From the NCBI GenBank assembly GCA_038239365.1, contig JBBSEU010000001.1, forward strand, positions 9,688 to 73,687: a stretch of 64,000 nucleotides of DNA, given 5' to 3'. The notes beneath the pieces are model-generated. The model searched no databases and was not told where the DNA came from. It worked only from the letters and a program-made list of their open reading frames with translations. Position 1 is the stretch's first letter. Every line of letters starts with the position of its first letter. Shown piece by piece: positions 44,824-52,395 of the stretch. A program made the position numbers and the translations under genes. This DNA is from Aggregatilineales bacterium. GTDB lineage: Bacteria; Chloroflexota; Anaerolineae; Aggregatilineales; UBA2796.

Positions 44824-46239
44824 ATGACCGTACAGCAAACGATAAACGCGCCGCCTGATAACCTGCTTCGGCGCTACGGAATACTGGCAGCGGTGATCAT
44901 CTTCGTGGCGGCGATGTTCCTCATCCTGATCACGATGGACAACAGTCTGACATTTTCGCCGTTGTGGACAGCATTGGCTTTCCCGGCACTGGCGATTTCG
45001 CCGTTTTTGATCTTGCGTCTGAACGTGAGTCGGCAGATCAAAGCGTTTTTGATCCTGATCATGCTGCTGATCCTGATGCCCGTGTTGGGCGTTCATGACA
45101 GTTTTTACTTCACGCTGGCAACGCAGATCGGCATTTTCGCGGCGATGGCGCTTGGCCTGAACATCGTCGTCGGCTTCGCCGGGCTGCTTGACTTGGGTTA
45201 TGTGGCATTTTTCGCGGTGGGCGCGTACCTGTGGGGTATTTTCACGTCGCAGACCGATAATTATATTCACGCCATTGGCCTGACCGCGCCCGCCTGGATG
45301 TTTTATGTGTTCCTGTTTTTGGCGGTGATTGTGGCCGCTTTCGCCGGGATTTTACTGGGATTACCCGTTTTGCGCTTGCGCGGCGATTATCTGGCAATCG
45401 TGACGCTCGGCTTCGGTGAGATGATCCGCATCCTATTCAAGAATCTGGATCACCCGGTGAACATCACGAACGGGACGCTGGGCTTGGATGGGTTGGCGTC
45501 GCCGCCGCTGCCCCCGTTTATAGGGAGCATCACCGATTGGCTGGTGACGACGTTCAAGCTGGAAGTTGGTAATCCGCAGGTGTTGGCTTATCAGTTGTTT
45601 TTCTATCTGTTGGTGCTGGCGATTTGCGGCGCAGCGATTTTAGTGGCTGGGCGGCTGGACGACTCCCCAATTGGGCGGGCATGGACGGCGATTCGTGAGG
45701 ACGAGACGGCGGCGCTGGCAATGGGCGTGCCGCTGGTACGCATGAAGCTGCTGGCCTTCGCAATGGGCGCATCATTCGCGGGCGCGATGGGCGTGGTATT
45801 CGCCGCTAAGTTCAAATCCCTGACGCCGGATGCGTTCGATTTCAACCAGTCGATTTTCATTCTAGCAATTGTGATCGTCGGCGGCATGGGCAGCATTCGC
45901 GGCGTGCTGTTGGGCGCGATTGTTGTTTCGCTGCTCAACCTGCAAATTCTGCAAAGTCTGTCGAGCTTGATCAATAACCTGAAAAATCAGAACGCGGTGA
46001 TCCCGGTCATCAACTTTGCGTTTAAGGATTGGCCGAATCAATTGGCCGTCGAAAATTATCAACGCTTTGTGTTCGGTATTCTGCTGATCGTGATCGTATT
46101 GTTCCGACCTGCCGGGATTCTGCCTGCCAGTCGGCGCAAAACCGAACTTGAGGATCGAGATGATGTGCCGCCCGACCTGACCGAAATACCGCCGGATATG
46201 TCCCTGACCGAAAGCGGAGGTGACGGCCATGCTGCTTGA
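44824..46239 (+). CDS. livM: Branched-chain amino-acid ABC permease (LivM-like) with N-terminal extension
   Basis: GLNIVVGFAGLLDLGYVAFFAVGAY and LRLRGDYLAIVTLGFGEMIR signatures. About 100 aa N-terminal extension with extra TM helices. Confidence 0.85.
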   Translation: MTVQQTINAPPDNLLRRYGILAAVIIFVAAMFLILITMDNSLTFSPLWTALAFPALAISPFLILRLNVSRQIKAFLILIMLLILMPVLGVHDSFYFTLATQIGIFAAMALGLNIVVGFAGLLDLGYVAFFAVGAYLWGIFTSQTDNYIHAIGLTAPAWMFYVFLFLAVIVAAFAGILLGLPVLRLRGDYLAIVTLGFGEMIRILFKNLDHPVNITNGTLGLDGLASPPLPPFIGSITDWLVTTFKLEVGNPQVLAYQLFFYLLVLAICGAAILVAGRLDDSPIGRAWTAIREDETAALAMGVPLVRMKLLAFAMGASFAGAMGVVFAAKFKSLTPDAFDFNQSIFILAIVIVGGMGSIRGVLLGAIVVSLLNLQILQSLSSLINNLKNQNAVIPVINFAFKDWPNQLAVENYQRFVFGILLIVIVLFRPAGILPASRRKTELEDRDDVPPDLTEIPPDMSLTESGGDGHAA

Positions 46240-47005
46240 AGTACGGGGCGTGATCAAGAAGTTTGGCGGTCTGACGGCGGTTCAAAACGTCGAATATACG
46301 CAGGAAGCGCGCACGATTTGCACGATCATCGGGCCAAACGGTGCGGGCAAAACGACGTTTTTCAACATCCTGACCGGGATTTACAAGCCGGATGGTGGCA
46401 GCGTCACCTTTGGCGGTAAGAACATGGTTGGCTTGCGACCAGACCAGATCAACGCGGCGGGGATTTCGCGCACCTTTCAGAATATCCGCCTGTTCAACAG
46501 CATGTCCGTCCTTGAGAATATCATGGTTGGGATGCACTCACGCTTGCGGATCAATCTGTTCGATACGATTATCCGAACGCCGCGCTTCAATCATCAGGAA
46601 GAATCGGTTCGGCGCAAAGTGGGCGATATTCTGGATTTCGTGAACCTGAGCGATAAGAGTAACGAGATCGCGCGCAACCTGCCCTATGGCGATCAGCGGC
46701 GGTTGGAGATCGGGCGGGCGCTTGCCAGTGACCCCAAATTGATCCTGCTCGATGAACCCACCGCCGGGATGAATCCGCAGGAAAGCGTCGAGGCGATGGC
46801 CTTGTTCCGGCGCGTGCGGGACGAACTGGGCATCACGGTGCTGCTGATCGAACATGATATGCGTGTCGTGATGGGCATTTCGGATCGGATCACGGTGCTT
46901 GACTACGGTCAGAAGATCGCCGAAGGATCGCCCGATGAAGTGCGCCGTGAACCGCGCGTGATTGAGGCGTATCTGGGACGCGGTAGTCAAACGGATGCGT
47001 TGTGA
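46229..47005 (+). CDS. livG: Branched-chain amino-acid ABC ATP-binding protein (LivG-like)
   Basis: ORF track 46220 (GTG). ATG at 46229 after GGAGG gives MLLEVRGVIKKFGGLTAV. GPNGAGKTT, LPYGDQRRLEIGRAL, LLDEPTAGM. Confidence 0.9.
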   Translation: MLLEVRGVIKKFGGLTAVQNVEYTQEARTICTIIGPNGAGKTTFFNILTGIYKPDGGSVTFGGKNMVGLRPDQINAAGISRTFQNIRLFNSMSVLENIMVGMHSRLRINLFDTIIRTPRFNHQEESVRRKVGDILDFVNLSDKSNEIARNLPYGDQRRLEIGRALASDPKLILLDEPTAGMNPQESVEAMALFRRVRDELGITVLLIEHDMRVVMGISDRITVLDYGQKIAEGSPDEVRREPRVIEAYLGRGSQTDAL

Positions 47006-47094
47006 GAAGAAGGTATCAGCAGTCAGGTATCAGCTATCAGCAAAAGACAGATAGGATTATTCCCCGGCGTAAATAAGTAGGGACGGGCACTTGC

Positions 47095-47805
47095 ATGGCG
47101 CTTCTTAAACTGGAAAATGTACATACTTACTACGGCCATATCCACGCGCTCAAAGGTATCTCGCTGGAAGTGAATGAAGGCGAAGTCGTGACGCTGATCG
47201 GCTCGAATGGTGCGGGCAAAAGTACCACCTTGCGAACGATCAGCGGATTGGCGCGGCCACGACTCGGATCGGTCACGTTCGCGGATAAGTCGATTGGTGG
47301 TTTGAAACCGCACGAGATCACCAAACTGGGATTAGGACATGTCCCCGAAGGTCGGCGCATTTTCCCACTGCTGACTGTGCGCGAAAATCTTGAGATCGGG
47401 GCGTATACAGTGGCACGGCGCGAAGTGGAACCGCGCATCGAGGCGGCACTGGTACTTTTTCCGCGTCTGCGCGAACGGCTTACGCAAATGGGCGGCACGC
47501 TCTCCGGCGGTGAGCAGCAAATGTTGGCGATGGCGCGCGGGCTGATCCTTGAGCCGCGTATTTTGCTGCTCGATGAACCGTCGATGGGACTTGCGCCGGT
47601 GCTGGTTGATGCGATTTTTGACATCATTCAGGAGCTTCACGCCAAAGGCACGACGATCCTGTTGGTTGAACAAAACGCCCGACTCGCGTTGCAAGTTGCG
47701 GATCGCGGTTATATTTTGCAGACCGGGATGATCGTCTTACAGGACAGCGCCGAAAATTTGCGTTCCAGTGATACCGTCCGCAAAGCGTACCTGGGCGAAT
47801 CCTGA
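47095..47805 (+). CDS. livF: Branched-chain amino-acid ABC ATP-binding protein (LivF-like)
   Basis: GSNGAGKST, LSGGEQQMLAMARGL, LLLDEPSMGLAP. Confidence 0.9.
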   Translation: MALLKLENVHTYYGHIHALKGISLEVNEGEVVTLIGSNGAGKSTTLRTISGLARPRLGSVTFADKSIGGLKPHEITKLGLGHVPEGRRIFPLLTVRENLEIGAYTVARREVEPRIEAALVLFPRLRERLTQMGGTLSGGEQQMLAMARGLILEPRILLLDEPSMGLAPVLVDAIFDIIQELHAKGTTILLVEQNARLALQVADRGYILQTGMIVLQDSAENLRSSDTVRKAYLGES

Positions 47806-47870
47806 ACGCGCCATCACCGCTCCTGCGCGGCGCGTTTTATGGGCTGGCCGCGGGCGCGATCTGGGGCGGG

Positions 47871-48689
47871 ATGTACGTCGTCAGCGAACAGGTGCTGCGC
47901 GTCATTCCATCATTTACGCTGCTTTCACTGCGCCTGATCATCGGATCGGCCATCCTCGGCACGATATTGGCGGCGCGCGGCGAACTTCGTATCGAACGGC
48001 ACGACGCTATCAGACTGTTGGGCGTGGGAATCGTCGGCTCAGGCTTGAGTCTGGGCGCGCAGTTCGTTGGGACACATCTCGCCTCCGCGATCAATGGCGC
48101 AGTTGTGACCAGCGCCTCACCTGCTTTCACATTGTTGTTCGCGTGGCTGCTTTTGCGTGAACCACTCAGCCTGACGCGAATCGGAGCAGTGCTGCTGGCG
48201 ACCATTGGCGTTTTGGCGGTACTGGATTTGTCGAAGTTCGATCTGGAGTCGAGCGCCGTGCTGGGCAATCTTGCGTTGATCTTCGCCGCACTGACGTGGG
48301 GCTTGTATTCGGCGCTGGTACGGCTGGTCTCGAAACGTTACCCGACGCTCACGATCAGTTTTTATGCGCTGGCAGGTGGATTGATTATTTCGATTCCGGC
48401 GGCAGGTTTGGAATTATCCAGTCAAACGATCAGCGACGTTTCATTGGGGACGATTTTGGGTGTGCTGTACCTGGGCGTCGTGTCCTCGGCATTGGCACTG
48501 CTGCTCTGGAATCGTGCGTTTGCGTTGGTAGAGGCAAGTGTAGCGTCACTGTTCTTTTTCGCGCAACCGCTGGTGGGCGTGATCCTTGCTGCGATTATCC
48601 TGCATGAACCAATCACCTTGAATCTACTCATTGGCGGCTTTTTGATCGTGTTGGGTGTGCTGTTATCGATCACACGCAGTCACTCATAA
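47871..48689 (+). CDS. EamA/DMT-family transporter (start uncertain)
   Basis: Two EamA-like halves, about 10 TM. The in-frame upstream codons (47823..47870: LRGAFYGLAAGAIWGG) look like the missing start of TM1, but the frame has no ATG/GTG/TTG back to the livF stop. Confidence 0.7.
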   Translation: MYVVSEQVLRVIPSFTLLSLRLIIGSAILGTILAARGELRIERHDAIRLLGVGIVGSGLSLGAQFVGTHLASAINGAVVTSASPAFTLLFAWLLLREPLSLTRIGAVLLATIGVLAVLDLSKFDLESSAVLGNLALIFAALTWGLYSALVRLVSKRYPTLTISFYALAGGLIISIPAAGLELSSQTISDVSLGTILGVLYLGVVSSALALLLWNRAFALVEASVASLFFFAQPLVGVILAAIILHEPITLNLLIGGFLIVLGVLLSITRSHS

Positions 48690-48711
48690 ACTACTTGATC
48701 CAAAATAGCAA

Positions 48712-48739
48712 TTGCCAATTAGCCGGATTCCGCTAGAAT
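48712..48739 (+). promoter_or_regulatory. Weak candidate promoter for the redox gene trio
   Basis: TTGCCA (48712..48717), 16 nt spacer, TAGAAT (48734..48739). Pattern match only. Confidence 0.3.
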
Positions 48740-48775
48740 TATATAGACTGGTCTATTTAATGAAGGCAAATAAAA

Positions 48776-49408
48776 ATGAAGTTAGCGATTTTTGGCGCGA
48801 CGGGTCGTACCGGAGTGCCTTTAGTGCAACAGGCGCTTGACGCGGGACATGAAGTCGTCGCGCTGGTTCGTAATCCAGCCAAAATGACTATCAAAAATGC
48901 GCGCCTGTCCTTGATTCAGGGCGATATAATGAATGCCGCCGATGTCGAGAAGGTGATTAGTGCTGATGTCAGTGCAGTAATCGCCGTTCACGCGCCAAGC
49001 AAAGAGTCGCCCAAGACGCTGCTCACAAGCGCAGCCGATAACATTCTGGCGACCATGAAACGGCACAAGGTCAAGCGCATCATTTACATGACAGGCGCGG
49101 GTGTCGATATGCCGGGCGATAAGCCGAAGCTGATCAACCATGTAATCAAGTTTGCGCTCAAGACGATGGCGGGCGATGTTTTGAAACAGTCCGAGGAAGC
49201 CGTTCGCAAGGTACAGAACAGCGGGTTAGATTGGACAATCGTCCGTGTGCCGATGTTGAATGAAGATCCGCACAGCGGCAAGTATCGGGTTGGGATGGTG
49301 GGTGTCGGCACGGGGCCGCGCCTGAGTCGTGCCGATGCTGCCGATTTCATCCTGAGCGCGCTGAAGGATAGCAAGTATCTAGGCCAGTCGCCCGTAATCA
49401 GCAATTAA
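48776..49408 (+). CDS. NAD(P)H-binding atypical SDR (NmrA/flavin-reductase-like)
   Basis: MKLAIFGATGRTGVPLVQQALDAGHEVVALVRNPAKM Rossmann start. Confidence 0.85.
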   Translation: MKLAIFGATGRTGVPLVQQALDAGHEVVALVRNPAKMTIKNARLSLIQGDIMNAADVEKVISADVSAVIAVHAPSKESPKTLLTSAADNILATMKRHKVKRIIYMTGAGVDMPGDKPKLINHVIKFALKTMAGDVLKQSEEAVRKVQNSGLDWTIVRVPMLNEDPHSGKYRVGMVGVGTGPRLSRADAADFILSALKDSKYLGQSPVISN

Positions 49409-49422
49409 AGGAGACTCGACTT

Positions 49423-49884
49423 ATGCAAAACCGATCCTGGGAGTGGACGCCGCCGCCTACAATGAACCGCGTTATGTCTACCGTTTTACGGCTGCCGGTG
49501 CTGCATCGCATGATGAGCAAGGAAATTTTGCTGCTCACTTTTACCGGGCGCAAGTCTGGCAAAAAGTTCACAACGCCTGTTGGCTACTTCCGTGAGGGGA
49601 ATACCGTCACGCTGCTGACCAAACAGTTCCGCCCCTGGTGGCGCAACTTTATCAATGCTGCCCCGGTTCAGATGCGGATGGAAGGTAAAACAGCCAAAGG
49701 AACGGCCAAAGCCTTGACTGATACGGCAACCATCACGCCCATTATCGCTAATCTCATGGAAAAGCACCCGCGCGAGGCACAAATTTACGGCGTTGGCTTG
49801 CTGCCAGATGGCAAACCAAATATGGATGATGTGAACCGTATCGCGCCGAAAGTGGTCATCATCCAAATTACCCTTGAGAAGTGA
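49423..49884 (+). CDS. Deazaflavin (F420H2)-dependent oxidoreductase family protein (DDN/DUF385-like)
   Basis: ILLLTFTGRKSGKKFTTPVGYFREGNTVTLL...RPWWRNFINAAPVQMRMEG matches the split beta-barrel TGRKSG...P.WxRN pattern. Confidence 0.7.
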   Translation: MQNRSWEWTPPPTMNRVMSTVLRLPVLHRMMSKEILLLTFTGRKSGKKFTTPVGYFREGNTVTLLTKQFRPWWRNFINAAPVQMRMEGKTAKGTAKALTDTATITPIIANLMEKHPREAQIYGVGLLPDGKPNMDDVNRIAPKVVIIQITLEK

Positions 49885-49957
49885 TGGGCAACCCTCGTCA
49901 GATCGAAAACCCGGCCTATAATCGATCCGGTTCATAGTCGATATCAACAAGGGATGG

Positions 49958-50737
49958 ATGATGACAGGTTTTCGTGTTGGGGTTCAGCTTCACCCGCAGC
50001 TAACAACGTATGCTTCGTATGCGGACGCGGTTCGCCAATCTGAGGCGATGGGTGTCGATAGTATCTGGAACTGGGATCACTTCTTTCCGCTGTATGGCGA
50101 CCCGAATGGCAATCACTTCGAGGGCTGGACGCTGCTGACGGCAATGGCGACGCTGACGCAGCGTGCCCAGATCGGGTGTCTGGTGACGTGCAACACCTAT
50201 CGCAACCCGGCGCTGCTGACGCACATGGCAAAGACGATTGATCACATCAGCGGCGGACGGTTGATCATTGGGTTGGGCGCGGGTTGGTTTGAGCGCGATT
50301 ACAAAGAATTTGGTTACGAGTTCGGCACAGCGGCGGATCGGCTGCGCGCGCTAGGTGAGTCGCTGCCGATTATCAAGCAGCGCATGGCCGCCGAAGTACC
50401 CGCGCCAGTACGCAACCCGATCCCGATTCTGATTGGTGGCGGTGGCGAAAAAGTGACACTTAAGCTGACTGCTCAATACGCTGATCTGTGGAATAGTTTT
50501 GGCCCGGCTGAACAATGGCAGCATAAGAACAACGTCCTGAATGAATGGTGTGAAAAAGTGGGTCGCAATCCGGCAGAGATCGAACGCACGATTGCGGTTT
50601 CGGCAGAAGACCCGGCAGACGCCCTTGATCAGTTCGCCAACGCGGGCGCAACGCACATGATTATCTCGATGGGACATCCCTGGGATTTCAAGCGAATCGA
50701 ACAAGCAATTCAGTGGCGTGACGCGGCAAATAAGTAA
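49958..50737 (+). CDS. Luciferase-like (LLM class) F420-dependent oxidoreductase
   Basis: FRVGVQLHPQ...MGVDSIWNWDHFFPLYGDPNGNHFEGWTLLTAMA...GGRLIIGLGAGWFERDYKEFGYEF. Confidence 0.8.
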   Translation: MMTGFRVGVQLHPQLTTYASYADAVRQSEAMGVDSIWNWDHFFPLYGDPNGNHFEGWTLLTAMATLTQRAQIGCLVTCNTYRNPALLTHMAKTIDHISGGRLIIGLGAGWFERDYKEFGYEFGTAADRLRALGESLPIIKQRMAAEVPAPVRNPIPILIGGGGEKVTLKLTAQYADLWNSFGPAEQWQHKNNVLNEWCEKVGRNPAEIERTIAVSAEDPADALDQFANAGATHMIISMGHPWDFKRIEQAIQWRDAANK

Positions 50738-50750
50738 ATCAGTTCTAGCG

Positions 50751-50783
50751 GGTGGGCTTCAACAAAGGAAGCCCACCGTTTTC
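50751..50783 (+). terminator. Rho-independent terminator between convergent genes
   Basis: GGTGGGCTTC (50751..50760), 7 nt loop, GAAGCCCACC (50768..50777), then GTTTTC. Confidence 0.6.
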
Positions 50784-50808
50784 GGATCAAACGCTCTGAT
50801 TGAATACT

Positions 50809-51117
50809 CTATTCGCCGCGCATCGCCCTTAGCTGTGCCAGGATCGCCCGATAGGCGGCCACCGCTTCGTGACGCTGTGCCAGCATCTTATCAGACAGTT
50901 CGACGGCTTGCCGCGTGGTTTCGCGCGCCATGCCAATATCGGTATACACTTCGTCGGCGCGCTGCTCGATGTTGCTGAGGAAGTCGTAGATGGCAGATGT
51001 ACTTTCTTCGCCGGTCCGCATCATCTCACGCGCCATATCGATCTGTTCAAACAGGCGCAGCAGTGATTGATCGGCCTGATCCAGCGGATCGCTGTGCAGA
51101 AAACTTGAAGGTTTCAT
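50809..51117 (-). CDS. Small hypothetical helical protein (module 2, ORF b)
   Basis: ATG at 51117 overlaps the stop of ORF a (ATGA). Helix-rich and acidic. Positional equivalent of 41596..42030, though sequence similarity is not obvious. Confidence 0.55.
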   Translation of the reverse strand: MKPSSFLHSDPLDQADQSLLRLFEQIDMAREMMRTGEESTSAIYDFLSNIEQRADEVYTDIGMARETTRQAVELSDKMLAQRHEAVAAYRAILAQLRAMRGE

Positions 51118-51473
51118 GAACCACGCTCCGCCTGTGCGCGCTGCTGCCAGCGTTCACGTACTGCCTGCCGCTGTCGTTCCACATCATCACACAGCGCGAC
51201 ATAGCGTGCTTGTGCCTGCTCGAATATGGCGTACAGATCGGCGTCCATTTCGTCGGGCGTGCGGAACAGGCGATGTGTTTGCAAGCCTGTGTCCTGGCTA
51301 TTCTTTTTGAGTAGCAATTCCTGACCGGGCGCGAGTCCGGTACGAAATACGGGCGGCTCAGCGCCGGGGACTTGTGCCGGGAGCAGCCCGGCGATTCGGG
51401 GCGCGGCCAGCATCAACAAGGGCGGCGGGAAATGGGAATATGAAGCGGGCGCAGATTGAGGTACAATTTGCAT
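51114..51473 (-). CDS. Small hypothetical protein (module 2, ORF a)
   Basis: ATG preceded by GAAAGGATT, the same string as upstream of 41300. N-terminus MQIVPQSAPASYSHFPPPLLMLAAPRIAGLLPAQVP is paralogous to module 1 ORF a. Confidence 0.6.
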   Translation of the reverse strand: MQIVPQSAPASYSHFPPPLLMLAAPRIAGLLPAQVPGAEPPVFRTGLAPGQELLLKKNSQDTGLQTHRLFRTPDEMDADLYAIFEQAQARYVALCDDVERQRQAVRERWQQRAQAERGS

Positions 51474-51549
51474 CGGAAACTAATCCTTTCTTGTGCGGCG
51501 AATCGCTCGTGTCTGGGTGTTCGCCGTGCATCACTCAACATTCAATTAG

Positions 51550-51578
51550 ATGATACGTTAGTTATTCTGGCTTGTCAA
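51550..51578 (-). promoter_or_regulatory. Sigma-70-like promoter for the module 2 small ORFs
   Basis: Reverse strand reads TTGACA (51578..51573), 17 nt spacer, TATCAT (51555..51550). Same geometry as the module 1 promoter. Confidence 0.55.
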
Positions 51579-51604
51579 GTAATTCCTCATTTTCAGGTCG
51601 CAGC

Positions 51605-51982
51605 GTGAAAACACGGATCGGAATCCGCATAGATCGGCTTATCAAACTGCGTGAAGAACGTGGTTGGTCACAACGGGAACTTGCTCGACGTTGCGATTTA
51701 AGCGACTCGATGGTTCAAAAGTACGAGACGGCGGCTAGTGATCCTACATCTTATACTATCATTCTTTTGGCAGGTACATTAGACGTAAGTACCGATTATT
51801 TGTTAGGTGTGACAGATGATCCACGAAGAAATGTTAGTGATGGCGCGCTCGATCAGGTAGAACGCTTCCTGGTAGAAACCTATCGGCATAAGGGCTGGAG
51901 CGGTATCGCTCATTTAGGCGTCGAGGAATTATCGAAGTTTGCGCCCGATGCCCAAAGACGCACCGGGAAACGATCAGATTGA
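51605..51982 (+). CDS. XRE-family HTH regulator, module 2
   Basis: ORF track 51572 (TTG inside the divergent -35). GTG at 51605 gives VKTRIGIRIDRLIKLREERGWSQRELARRCDLSDSMVQKYETAASDP, colinear with module 1 XRE. C-terminal TYRHKGWSGIAHLGVEELSK. Confidence 0.75.
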   Translation: MKTRIGIRIDRLIKLREERGWSQRELARRCDLSDSMVQKYETAASDPTSYTIILLAGTLDVSTDYLLGVTDDPRRNVSDGALDQVERFLVETYRHKGWSGIAHLGVEELSKFAPDAQRRTGKRSD

Positions 51983-52395
51983 TGTCGCAAATCAGCAATG
52001 CCGCGCTCATCGAAAAGGCCGCCGCCGTCCTTAACCCGATCAAGCTGGCTGATCATTGGGTGGGCGATGTGGGCAGCGCACTCATCACCGATCAGGGCAA
52101 TATTTACCTGGGTGTGTGCATGGACATCAGTTCGGGCATTGGTTTTTGTGCCGAACATAGCGCCATCGCCGCGATGGTCACGGCAGGTGAATACCGGATC
52201 GAAAAGATCGTCGCCGTCTGGAAAGATGACAAAGGGCTTTACGTGCTATCTCCCTGTGGGCGCTGCCGAGAGTTCATCCGCCAGATTCACAAGGATAATT
52301 TGCAGACCGAAGTGATCTTAGACGTGGATAAAGTGGCGCGGCTGGCCGAACTGCTGCCCTACCACGATTGGTTTCATCCCCTGTCGAAGGGTTAA
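51982..52395 (+). CDS. Small cytidine/deoxycytidylate deaminase-fold protein (blasticidin-S-deaminase-sized)
   Basis: Zinc-ligand motifs CAEHSAI (C/H-A-E) and SPCGRCREF (PCxxC). ATG shares one base with the XRE stop (TGATG). Confidence 0.8.
   Translation: MSQISNAALIEKAAAVLNPIKLADHWVGDVGSALITDQGNIYLGVCMDISSGIGFCAEHSAIAAMVTAGEYRIEKIVAVWKDDKGLYVLSPCGRCREFIRQIHKDNLQTEVILDVDKVARLAELLPYHDWFHPLSKG

Noticed and set aside
47768-48268. ORFs 47768..48160 (+) and 47837..48268 (-) overlapping the EamA gene
   Set aside because: They are Arg-rich shadow frames. The EamA frame shows the expected pattern of hydrophobic helices.
40822-51982. Idea that the two XRE modules mark the ends of a mobile or genomic island
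   Set aside because: I found no integrase, transposase, tRNA target or DNA-level direct/inverted terminal repeats. The similarity is at protein level only, and the enclosed genes are ordinary transport and redox functions. It is kept only as an unexplained duplication.
51982-52395. Calling the small deaminase a blasticidin-S resistance gene
   Set aside because: Only the generic CDA-fold zinc motifs and the size match. Substrate specificity cannot be read from these, so the call is left at fold level.
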